The notes under the pieces were generated by a model that saw only the letters and a program-made list of their open reading frames with translations, was not told the origin of the DNA and did not search any database. 64,000 nucleotides of DNA, from IMG/VR virus record IMGVR_UViG_3300047510_003392, positions 9,234-73,233 of that record; one strand, 5' to 3'. Origin of the DNA: a virus. The position numbers were made by a program, and so were the translations under genes. Of this stretch, positions 39,021 to 47,702 are shown piece after piece (within the stretch, counting starts at the first letter, position 1; the number at the start of each line of letters is the position of its first letter).

Positions 39021-39097
39021 TGGTGGTCGCGAGGGGACTTGAACCCCTGACACCATCGATGTAAACGATGTGCTCTAACCAACTGAGCTACGCGACC
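39021..39097 (-). tRNA. tRNA-Val(TAC)
   Basis: Canonical cloverleaf, CCA. Confidence 0.95.
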
Positions 39098-39102
39098 AAA
39101 TA

Positions 39103-39975
39103 TTAAATTTTTCCAAATTGTTTTTTCTGCCAATATCCTACAGGTTTTGTTTGTATTTCATATGTCTTACACCATTTTCTAACAGCATTTCCAGATACTC
39201 CATATTGTTTTCCGATGCTTTCTATTGGAACAGAATCTATCAGATTTGTCAAGTGCTCTTTTGAGGGACGTTCTACTTTTCTACAATAATGCTTTGGTTT
39301 TGTTCTCCAGTTGGGGTCTTTAGGAATTTTGGGAACCCGTTCAATTTCTACTTTATCCAGATAAGACAATAACTTTATTCCGTTCTTTTCTGCAACCTTT
39401 CTTATTCTACTGTAATATCTAGAACCCTTTTGTGTGCTTATTGCTTTTGCTATATCTGTTATGCAATTGTATTTTTTACACGCCTCCAATATTTGCTCAT
39501 CGCCAACTTTCATATTTTTTCTATGAGAAGTTTCTGTTTGTGAGTGGCAGTTAGGACACAAAAATCGGAGATTTTCTCTTCTATTATCTCTCCAATTTCC
39601 ATCTTTGTGGTCTACTTCTAGTGTTATTGGAAGGTCGTTATAAGAATTTATATTACATTTTTCACACTTATATTCTCGTCCAATTTCTCGCAATGCTCTT
39701 GTTAAGATATTTCCGTGAACTCTTTTATCTCGCGTCGAAAATATCAATATTTCATTGGCAGATTTTCTTGTATTTTCTGCTCTTCTTTTAGCTCCTTTCA
39801 ACATCCCCGCCACACTTGATTGGAAGTGTGAAGTGTCAATACCATATTCTTTTATTTTTCGACTGATATGGTTATGTCCTCCGCCCGACATTGGGCAATT
39901 TACAATACGCATTACTTCTGTGACCGATTTCGCTTTTTTTGCGGCATCTTCTAATATTTGTTTAGTGTATTTCAT
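39103..39975 (-). CDS. HNH homing endonuclease inside tRNA cluster
   Basis: CEKC, LEVDHKDGN..DNRRENLRFLCPNCHSQT, C-terminal HTH. Confidence 0.88.
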   Translation of the reverse strand: MKYTKQILEDAAKKAKSVTEVMRIVNCPMSGGGHNHISRKIKEYGIDTSHFQSSVAGMLKGAKRRAENTRKSANEILIFSTRDKRVHGNILTRALREIGREYKCEKCNINSYNDLPITLEVDHKDGNWRDNRRENLRFLCPNCHSQTETSHRKNMKVGDEQILEACKKYNCITDIAKAISTQKGSRYYSRIRKVAEKNGIKLLSYLDKVEIERVPKIPKDPNWRTKPKHYCRKVERPSKEHLTNLIDSVPIESIGKQYGVSGNAVRKWCKTYEIQTKPVGYWQKKQFGKI

Positions 39976-40031
39976 ATACAATAAATAGTATACACGATAC
40001 AAAAAACATCACCCGTTTACTATTTTTTTAA

Positions 40032-40123
40032 TGGTAGCATCGGTGGGGCTCGAACCCACACGGGAATATTTCACCCATCGGTTTTTGAGACCGACCTGTT
40101 TGACCAATTACAAGCACGATGCC
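40032..40123 (-). tRNA. tRNA-Leu(CAA)
   Basis: Cloverleaf, long variable arm, CCA. Confidence 0.88.
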
Positions 40124-40130
40124 AAAAGAA

Positions 40131-40219
40131 TGGTGGGCGAGACAGGACTCGAACCTGCACTCCATAATATAAGGAAAAAGTTCCTAAGACTTTCGCGGCT
40201 ACCGTTACGCCACTCGCCC
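40131..40219 (-). tRNA. tRNA-Leu(TAG)
   Basis: Cloverleaf, long variable arm, CCA. Confidence 0.92.
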
Positions 40220-40253
40220 AATTCAAAGAACACCTACACTCTACACACTTTAT

Positions 40254-40607
40254 TTATTTCGTCAAGAACTTTCTACGATAAACTGCATATCCCAATCCAA
40301 TCATTCCTGCAAACAATGCATATGTAGACGGTTCAGGTACAGCAGGACCGCAATAATCTTTATCATAACCACCTCCGCCGCCATAATATGGACGCTTGTA
40401 TTTATCGTCATCATCGTCATCATCGTCATCATCTTCATCGTCATCATCCCAATCATAACTGCTGCTCATACTAATCATCTGCACAGGGTCTGTATATGAC
40501 GGCTGAAATGTGCTCATAATATCATAATTACCAAAATCTACAACAGAGTCATTGGCAAAAATGCCGCTAACAAACATAGTAAAGATAAACAATAGTTTCT
40601 TATTCAT
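40254..40607 (-). CDS. PEP-CTERM sorting-domain protein with poly-Asp tract
   Basis: Signal peptide; VPEPSTYALFAGMIGLGYAVYRRK C-terminus. Confidence 0.9.
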   Translation of the reverse strand: MNKKLLFIFTMFVSGIFANDSVVDFGNYDIMSTFQPSYTDPVQMISMSSSYDWDDDDEDDDDDDDDDDKYKRPYYGGGGGYDKDYCGPAVPEPSTYALFAGMIGLGYAVYRRKFLTK

Positions 40608-40674
40608 ATAACATAACTATACAGATTTTTGTGCTATACTCAAGCATAAAATCTATAATAAGTAAAACAACGTA

Positions 40675-41121
40675 TTATATCTTATAATCTTCGTGCTGTA
40701 TGCTCTTTAGATTATTGTGTATATAATCTACCCAATAATCAAGTTCGTGTGATTCATCTACTTTCAAATGATATTCATTTGGTTGCGTAAACAACTTTGT
40801 TGTATCACTAAAATCTCGCACCGGTTTTCTTGCCATTAATATTACATAAGCATCTTTGGCTCCAAATGCTTCTCGTGCTGCTGCTGTAGGACATACAAAA
40901 TCTGCTATGGCATATACACCTGTTCTATTTACGATATCGCACAATATGCCCATTCTTTTTGCGTGTTCTATTCTATCAGCTACATCAAAAGTAAGATCTT
41001 TATTTATTTTGGCTCTTATTTCATCGGCATTGAAATGAACAGCGTTCATTGCTTTTGCCAACGCAGTAGATAATGTTGTTTTGCCCGAACCGGGTAGTCC
41101 CATAACAAGTATTTTTTTCAT
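40675..41121 (-). CDS. cysC: Adenylylsulfate kinase-like P-loop kinase
   Basis: MGLPGSGKTT, NADEIR, DLTF...RIE, DFVCP. Confidence 0.75.
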   Translation of the reverse strand: MKKILVMGLPGSGKTTLSTALAKAMNAVHFNADEIRAKINKDLTFDVADRIEHAKRMGILCDIVNRTGVYAIADFVCPTAAAREAFGAKDAYVILMARKPVRDFSDTTKLFTQPNEYHLKVDESHELDYWVDYIHNNLKSIQHEDYKI

Positions 41122-41164
41122 AATATTTAAAATATAAATTATTTTTTAATTCTTCAATTTATAA

Positions 41165-41869
41165 TTACATCCACTTGCCATAAATTTTATAATCTTCCGC
41201 ATATCTTTTTTTTACAAATTCTTCTATAATTTTTGATGTCTCGTACTTCTCTACTTTGTTGCTATTGAAATGAAATTTTGGTAATGACTTTGCACTTTTT
41301 TCTTCCATATATTTTTTAACCTTATCCATTTCATTGATATTGAATATATCCGAAAACACAGTTGGATCTCTGCCAATACTCTGTACAATAGAGTTGGTGT
41401 GACTGATTGCTTTTTTCCAAGCCATTTCACGATCTGAGGTTTTTGTTTTTATTCCACGAATAAATTCTTCTACACTTATATATTTTCCAAACACATTATG
41501 TCGCATCACAAGATGAGTATATGCACTATAAAATCTAGAAAGAGGGTCACGGATAACACAAAAAGATTTGGTACTGTCGTTTTTTTTACGACGACGAGGT
41601 ATTTCCAAATGCTGCAATCGCTTGATTATTCTTCTTTGGATTGGAGATTTTCTTTTTAGCATCGCTCTGTCAACCGCACCATTATAAGTGGAAAATTCCA
41701 CATTCATGTCAGATATTTTTTCGTTATTGACTTTGGCAATTGCCTCTATTTCTTTATATACTCCATCATCGTTAATGAGTTCAATCCATCCATTGATGGT
41801 AGTGTTACCACATTTAAACAAACGATAATACAAAAGTTCATCGGGTATTACTTGAATTATTTTTGGCAT
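41165..41869 (-). CDS. Sulfotransferase family 2
   Basis: KCGNTT PAPS loop, RDPLSRFYSAY, Y..DY. Confidence 0.75.
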   Translation of the reverse strand: MPKIIQVIPDELLYYRLFKCGNTTINGWIELINDDGVYKEIEAIAKVNNEKISDMNVEFSTYNGAVDRAMLKRKSPIQRRIIKRLQHLEIPRRRKKNDSTKSFCVIRDPLSRFYSAYTHLVMRHNVFGKYISVEEFIRGIKTKTSDREMAWKKAISHTNSIVQSIGRDPTVFSDIFNINEMDKVKKYMEEKSAKSLPKFHFNSNKVEKYETSKIIEEFVKKRYAEDYKIYGKWM

Positions 41870-41881
41870 GTTTAATATATA

Positions 41882-42781
41882 CTATCCATCTTCTCTTCTA
41901 TCTCTAAAATATTGTAGAATTAGTTCTGTATTATAAGTATTGTTGTTTGCTAGTTCGAGTATTCCTTGCGAGTTAATATATATGTCTTTTAGAGTTAATT
42001 CGGGAACGGACGAATATCGCGTTTTATATTTTCTGTGTTCGAAGTTTCCGTGCCATTCGTGATAAATTATACCATTTATATATGCTACATCATTTAGTAT
42101 GTAATCTTTTATTGCAGTTTTCCAATTTATATATTGATGGCTATCGTCGTGAATTTTTGAATTTACTATATCTCGAATGCGGTCTGTTTTTGGTGTATCA
42201 AATATGCTGTGAACGAACATATTATCTCCTCCGCCTAAAAAACAATATGGATATAATCCACCGTGTTTCCACATTTCTCTTCTAGCCGCCCAAGCATAAC
42301 CAACACTCCCATTAACTTGCAAATTATTATGCGAGATAAATGCTCGGTGTATCAAATTATTCATAAAAGATTGGCGTACTTCTTTTATTTTTCCATACTC
42401 ATCTGTGACGGATACTTTGTTATACATCTGCACTAATTTGACACTATTCAACGCGATAGAAGTTTGATCGTACCAGTCATCGTTTGAAAAAAATATGTCG
42501 TGGTCAATCCACGCAATTTTGCTATATTTTTCGGGTATATAATCGACGCAAGAATTTATGCACGCCTCTTTTTGAAAGAATATATTTTTCTCTGAAACTT
42601 TTATTTTCCTTATGGAATCTATATCTTTGGTCTCAAAAGAATCGGACAGCGACAATTCTATTCCATATAAAGGTATATTTTTTGATTTTATATATCTTAA
42701 AAATCTATGTAAATTTCTAGACAATGATTTATAACCTACCCAGTTATAGTGGACTACTACTATTGCCATATCGTTTTCCAT
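41882..42781 (-). CDS. Putative glycosyltransferase (GT-A)
   Basis: FQKE, AWIDHDI, GYAWAARR, GGGD, HEWHG. Confidence 0.65.
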   Translation of the reverse strand: MENDMAIVVVHYNWVGYKSLSRNLHRFLRYIKSKNIPLYGIELSLSDSFETKDIDSIRKIKVSEKNIFFQKEACINSCVDYIPEKYSKIAWIDHDIFFSNDDWYDQTSIALNSVKLVQMYNKVSVTDEYGKIKEVRQSFMNNLIHRAFISHNNLQVNGSVGYAWAARREMWKHGGLYPYCFLGGGDNMFVHSIFDTPKTDRIRDIVNSKIHDDSHQYINWKTAIKDYILNDVAYINGIIYHEWHGNFEHRKYKTRYSSVPELTLKDIYINSQGILELANNNTYNTELILQYFRDRREDG

Positions 42782-42837
42782 ATCAATATATATAAAATTT
42801 ATATATAATGGTTAACCCGAGTAGTAGTATTTATATT

Positions 42838-42923
42838 TGGTGCTAGGGGCGGGATTCGAACCCGCGAAGCCTTACGGCGAGAGCTTATGAAACTCCTTGT
42901 TTTAGCCACTTACCTACCCTAAC
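42838..42923 (-). tRNA. tRNA with CAT anticodon and long (class II) variable arm
   Basis: GTTAGGG/CCCTAGC-ACCA, anticodon loop TTCATAA, V-arm GCC-GTAA-GGC, canonical T arm. Confidence 0.8.
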
Positions 42924-42927
42924 AATT

Positions 42928-43021
42928 TGGTAGTCCCAGAGGGAATCGAACCCCCGCTCGGCACTAATCAGGTGCGCACAGGTTATAAATCTGTCGGTGC
43001 TTCCAGTTACACTATGGGACC
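42928..43021 (-). tRNA. tRNA-Ile(TAT) with long variable arm
   Basis: Anticodon loop TTTATAA, V-arm GCAC-CTGATTA-GTGC, CCA. Confidence 0.82.
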
Positions 43022-43072
43022 AAAAGTAAAGAACGATGATAAGTATGGATATTTTTCGTCAGAAGTCAATAA

Positions 43073-44065
43073 CTATTTTTCAATTAAGTTTTGTTTGAAT
43101 ATTTTCCAGCAGTTTTCCCAAGTCCAATATGAACCATTCATCGCAACTATATCACGGTTTAGTTTTAGCGATTTGTTGATACAATCTTCAAGATTATCTC
43201 CCATATATCCAGTCAATCCATCTTGAACAATATCTATTGGACCAGAAACAGGATATGCTGCTATTGGCGTGCCTAAACTCATTGCTTCTATCAAAACTAT
43301 ACCAAATGTGTCTGTTTTGCTGGGAAAACAAAATACATCCGCGTTTATATATTCATTTGCTAAATCTTTTCCGGTTTTGTATCCAAGGAACTTTACATTT
43401 TTATATTTTTTCTCTAAATGTTTTCTATATGGGCCATCACCAACCAAGCGAACTTCATATTTGTCTTGTAGAACACACAAGTCATCCAGATTTTTTTCAA
43501 GGGATATTCTGCCAACATATAGCACAACAGGAACTTCATTATTTTTTCTTTGCGTTGTTGGCGTCAGCAGATTTTTATCAACACCTCTTGTCCATATAAC
43601 CATATCAACGTCAAAATTGTTTTTACTCAGTTCATTCATCATTGACTTGGTAGTAACCAATACTCTGCCAGAATGTTTATGAAACCATCTTACATAAGAA
43701 TATGTGATACACTTTGGTATTTTATACATTTCATTCACATACTCTGGAAACTTTGTGTGATATGAAGTGTTGTATTTGTATTTCTTACTATCACAATATA
43801 GTTTGGCGAAAAGTCCAAGCGGACCTTCGGTGGAAATATGAATATAGTCTGGATTGTATTCTTCTATCTTTTTTCCTAATCCGAATGGCAGGCTCATTTT
43901 TACTTCTGGATATCTTGGCATACTAAAATGCTTATACATTTCCGGTGAAATAAAGCATACCGTATATCCATCATTTTCCGCCTGTATCTTTATATTCTTG
44001 TATGTAGTTACAACGCCGTTTATTTGCGTGAAAAGATTATCCGTTACTATTAGTATCTTTTTCAT
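43073..44065 (-). CDS. agt: GT4 diacylglycerol glycosyltransferase, Agt-like
   Basis: IVTD...QINGVVTT, YPEVKM, HISTEGPLG, TSYHTKFPEY, RWFH, WTRGVD, VGRISLEKN, TDTFGIVLIEA; overlaps plcP. Confidence 0.8.
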   Translation of the reverse strand: MKKILIVTDNLFTQINGVVTTYKNIKIQAENDGYTVCFISPEMYKHFSMPRYPEVKMSLPFGLGKKIEEYNPDYIHISTEGPLGLFAKLYCDSKKYKYNTSYHTKFPEYVNEMYKIPKCITYSYVRWFHKHSGRVLVTTKSMMNELSKNNFDVDMVIWTRGVDKNLLTPTTQRKNNEVPVVLYVGRISLEKNLDDLCVLQDKYEVRLVGDGPYRKHLEKKYKNVKFLGYKTGKDLANEYINADVFCFPSKTDTFGIVLIEAMSLGTPIAAYPVSGPIDIVQDGLTGYMGDNLEDCINKSLKLNRDIVAMNGSYWTWENCWKIFKQNLIEK

Positions 44066-44804
44066 TATAGTGTATCAACTCAAATGTTCCATTATGGTGT
44101 TCTACTATGGCGGTCAATGATTCTACCCAATCGCCGCAGTTCATATAATGAACATCATTTATATGTTTCATTTCTGGATGATGTATATGACCGCATATTA
44201 CGCCAACATATCCTTTTCTTTTACAATGATTGGATATATTAGTCTCAAACTTGAATATGAAATCAACGGCCTTTTTGACGCGATGTTTTAGATATTTGCT
44301 GAAACTCCAATAACCAAATCCAAGTTTATGTCTTATCCAGTTATATTTTGTATTTAGTGCAAGAATAAAGTCATATCCTTTGTCTCCAAGAAAACTAAGC
44401 CACGGAGCCAATCTTGTTATACCATCAAATAAATCTCCGTGAACAACAAGATATTTTTCACCATATACACTAATATGTTCTATTTCATTACATAACTTGA
44501 TGTTTCCTACTTCAAGTTCATATGGCAGCATCAACCTGAAAAACTCATCGTGATTGCCAATAACATATACTATTTTGGTATCATTACGATGTAGTTTCAA
44601 CAATCGTCTAATAACTTCAGAATGGCTGTTTTTCCATTTTGACCTGTTTTGCTGAAACTTCCAACCGTCTATGACATCACCGACAAGATATAGAGTCTCG
44701 CAACTGTTACATTTTAGAAAATTTTCTACCTCTTTCGCCTTGCTATTTTTAGAACCGAGATGCAGGTCGGATATAAAAATAGAGCGATATTTAGGTAGTT
44801 TCAT
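44037..44804 (-). CDS. plcP: PlcP-type phospholipase C (LpxH-like metallophosphoesterase)
   Basis: FISDLHLG, LVGDVIDGW, GNHDE, HGDLFD, LGDKGY, YWSFSKYLK..VK.AV, ICGHIH, NCGDWVES. Confidence 0.85.
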   Translation of the reverse strand: MKLPKYRSIFISDLHLGSKNSKAKEVENFLKCNSCETLYLVGDVIDGWKFQQNRSKWKNSHSEVIRRLLKLHRNDTKIVYVIGNHDEFFRLMLPYELEVGNIKLCNEIEHISVYGEKYLVVHGDLFDGITRLAPWLSFLGDKGYDFILALNTKYNWIRHKLGFGYWSFSKYLKHRVKKAVDFIFKFETNISNHCKRKGYVGVICGHIHHPEMKHINDVHYMNCGDWVESLTAIVEHHNGTFELIHYNEKDTNSNG

Positions 44805-45107
44805 TTAGTCCGCTTTATCTCCAAACATAAACTTGTTGGCAATAACATCTATGTTATGAAATGCTATGCTAACCTTATCTATCATCCAAGGGTCTAACTT
44901 TACAGTTTCACTTGCCATAATCTCTTTTATACGCTTACACTTTTCTTCTATGGCAGTTAGTTGATATTCAATCATATCCTGCTGGCGTTCTGGATTTAGT
45001 TCAACGTCATCCTTTATCATTTTCTGTCCCTTGAACCAGTCCTGATCCATTGCGGCTGTTTCTTCTACAATTTCACGAATAAGTGCTTTAAGTTCTGATT
45101 TCTTCAT
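44805..45107 (-). CDS. Hypothetical protein with MKKSELKALIREIVEE leader
   Basis: Start reassigned to 45107, downstream of terminator and ATATTTAT motif. Confidence 0.65.
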   Translation of the reverse strand: MKKSELKALIREIVEETAAMDQDWFKGQKMIKDDVELNPERQQDMIEYQLTAIEEKCKRIKEIMASETVKLDPWMIDKVSIAFHNIDVIANKFMFGDKAD

Positions 45108-45132
45108 ATAATAATAAATATATACACCAAAC

Positions 45133-45161
45133 AAAAAAACCCAGCATTTACGCTGGGTTTT
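45133..45161 (-). terminator. Intrinsic terminator
   Basis: AAAACCCAGC-ATTTAC-GCTGGGTTTT. Confidence 0.8.
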
Positions 45162-45186
45162 CGTGAGTTGATATATATTAACTATA

Positions 45187-47151
45187 TCAAGGCTTTGGAG
45201 GCAGGAATGTGCCTGTACCAGCATTGACTGGATATACTCCACTCAAGTTGGCAGCAAAACTCAATGCACTCAAATCTGTTACTCCCTTGGCATTGAATGT
45301 AAGTGCCGAGGTCTTTAGCAGATTGGACAGCGTGATACTGCCACCCGCAGTCAGGGTCAAGGGGCCGACCACAGAGTTGGTCGCCTGTGCAGATGTATTG
45401 AAGATGTCCGCACCGCTGGTGACGCTAGTAACGCCGCCGTTCAATAGACCAATGTTAGCAGAAGCAAGTTCAACAACATTGATTGCACCGGTACCAGTAG
45501 TGATAGAGATCAAGCCAAAGTTGTTGTTTGGCTGAGTCAGTGCCACTTCAGCATTGTTGGTGTTTACAGTAACATTACCACGAACATCAGCAGATGTAGC
45601 AGGTACTTGAGTAACTGTGGAGCCCTCAAGACCAACTGTAGATACAGTCAAGTTACCACCAACAACGGTAGTACCAAGAACTGTGCTGCGAGCCTGTGTG
45701 ATATTAGCATCAGCAGTAGCAGTTAGCGTAACATTACCGAGGTTGTTTAGACCAGCAGGGTCGTTAAGAGTAACATTGCCACCAGACAGATTGCTAGTAG
45801 CAGCAGTCACACGGCTAGTAGCCAGCAACTGTACGATGTCGTTCTTGCTAGCAGCAACCAGATTGCCAGTAACAGCAACACGGTTCAAGTTCAGCGTAGC
45901 GTCTTCAAGGATAGTAGCATTACCACCAACGGTCAGACTTACAGGACCAAAACTGTGCTTGGCGCGTGTAATATTAGTGTCGCCAGTTGTAACAAAGGCT
46001 GTTGGACCGTATACGAACAGTCCTTCAGCACCATCAACGATGCTAGGAGCGGTGAATGTAGTGTTACCTGTGCTAGCAATAGCAACCTTATTCAGCGAGA
46101 CGCGGGAGTTGGCAGATACATTAGTATCACCAGTTCCGCTGCTGGCAACATCAGTAAGATTTACCATGTTACCAGACAATGTCAGGTTACCAGAAGCAAG
46201 TGCGGTATAGTTAGTAGTAGCAGCAGTGCTGGCTACAACAATATTGTTACCAGACACAGTCACATTTGTGCTAGAAACTCTGGGTAGAGAAATGTCCTTA
46301 CCAGACACAGCCAGATTAGCAACATTGAGTGTACCAGTTCCCTGCGTAACTGCACCAGCAGCAATATTACCGGTGGCATTGATAGTGATGTTACCCGTGG
46401 ATGTAATAAATCCATTCGGAGCAATCACGACGCTTCCGCCAGATGTAGACACATCAGTCTTGCCGTTGAGCACCATGGGAGCAGATGCAGACGAGCCAAT
46501 CGTGGCTGTGCCACCATAGGTATTGACAACAAGGTTACCAGTTACTACAGCACCACCGATATTAGCAGCACGCGAAGCAATTGTGATGCTGTCACCAACA
46601 GACTGAATGATGGCACCATCATTTACAGTGACACCGTTAACCAGAACGCTGGTGGGTAGATTGTCTTGGCTGGGCAACTTACCATTGGTATTCCAGTATC
46701 CAAGAGATACAGTGGGATCATCCACAGTGCTAACATACAGTCCAGCAACATTGATGGTGCTGGTGCCGCCGATCAAAACGCCGCCCGGATTAAGGATAAA
46801 CACTTTGCCATTGGACTCAATAGCACCGTTGATTGTAGATGCTGCTCCGCCAGTAACAATGTTTAGAACAGATGAACCGGCAGACGGCAGTGTATATTCG
46901 ATGCGTTCACCCGTATTGAATGTGCTTGTACCGCTACCAAATGCCTGCCAAGACAACACGGCCTTGTTTGGTGCAGAAACATTCAGCGTGGTCGCTGTTC
47001 CTGTTACATTTACACCCGTTGTGGTTTGTAGATTGCTGACATCAATGCTAGGAATAGCAAAGACATAACCAGCGAATACAAACGCCATGAACAAAGAAAA
47101 AGTCTTTGTCCAAAACGAGTTATTTCGTGTATTAGTATTATTGTATTTCAT
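45187..47151 (-). CDS. Filamentous haemagglutinin/TPS-domain beta-helical secreted protein
   Basis: Long signal peptide; W..F, VLN.VTGG..S.ING...SNG.VFILNPGG TPS motif; beta-helix repeats. Confidence 0.85.
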   Translation of the reverse strand: MKYNNTNTRNNSFWTKTFSLFMAFVFAGYVFAIPSIDVSNLQTTTGVNVTGTATTLNVSAPNKAVLSWQAFGSGTSTFNTGERIEYTLPSAGSSVLNIVTGGAASTINGAIESNGKVFILNPGGVLIGGTSTINVAGLYVSTVDDPTVSLGYWNTNGKLPSQDNLPTSVLVNGVTVNDGAIIQSVGDSITIASRAANIGGAVVTGNLVVNTYGGTATIGSSASAPMVLNGKTDVSTSGGSVVIAPNGFITSTGNITINATGNIAAGAVTQGTGTLNVANLAVSGKDISLPRVSSTNVTVSGNNIVVASTAATTNYTALASGNLTLSGNMVNLTDVASSGTGDTNVSANSRVSLNKVAIASTGNTTFTAPSIVDGAEGLFVYGPTAFVTTGDTNITRAKHSFGPVSLTVGGNATILEDATLNLNRVAVTGNLVAASKNDIVQLLATSRVTAATSNLSGGNVTLNDPAGLNNLGNVTLTATADANITQARSTVLGTTVVGGNLTVSTVGLEGSTVTQVPATSADVRGNVTVNTNNAEVALTQPNNNFGLISITTGTGAINVVELASANIGLLNGGVTSVTSGADIFNTSAQATNSVVGPLTLTAGGSITLSNLLKTSALTFNAKGVTDLSALSFAANLSGVYPVNAGTGTFLPPKP

Positions 47152-47276
47152 ATTTATTTTTATGTATTTGTCTTTTACGACTTTGAACCGATAAATATGC
47201 AGATTTATACGACTAAATCAAGCAAAAACTTCTTATATATATTTTTATATATACGATTTGATATATATTATCACTT

Positions 47277-47702
47277 ATGTACACATATAAATGCCGCATC
47301 AACAAAGTTTTAGACGGTGACACCGTTGAAATAGATTTGGACTTGGGTTTCAATACGACTCTTGCTAACCAAAAAGTAAGATTGCTTGGTATAGACGCAC
47401 CAGAGTCTCGTACAACAAATAAAGAAGAAAAAGTGCGTGGTAATATTTCTAAAAAGAAACTACAAGAAAAACTACCTATAGGCTGTTCTGTAAAGATTAT
47501 TACTCACAAAAACGACAACAACGACGACAAGTTTGGTCGCATACTTGGCGAGTTTATTCTTGATGATGGCACCAATCTAAACAAATGGATGATAGAGAAT
47601 AACTATGCTGTTCCTTATCTTGGTGAAAATAAGGAACTGGTGCAAGAAGCACATCAAATCAATAAGAAGAAACTTATTGAGCGTGGCGAGTTGACTGCTT
47701 AA
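47277..47702 (+). CDS. Thermonuclease (SNase family)
   Basis: VLDGDT, RLLGIDAPE, DKFGRILG, YAVPY. Confidence 0.9.
   Translation: MYTYKCRINKVLDGDTVEIDLDLGFNTTLANQKVRLLGIDAPESRTTNKEEKVRGNISKKKLQEKLPIGCSVKIITHKNDNNDDKFGRILGEFILDDGTNLNKWMIENNYAVPYLGENKELVQEAHQINKKKLIERGELTA

Noticed and set aside
40405-40448. (TCA/TCG)n microsatellite as a contingency locus
   Set aside because: Imperfect in-frame trinucleotide run that simply encodes the poly-Asp tract
45209-47068. Several long plus-strand ORFs
   Set aside because: Shadows of the codon-biased TPS/haemagglutinin gene
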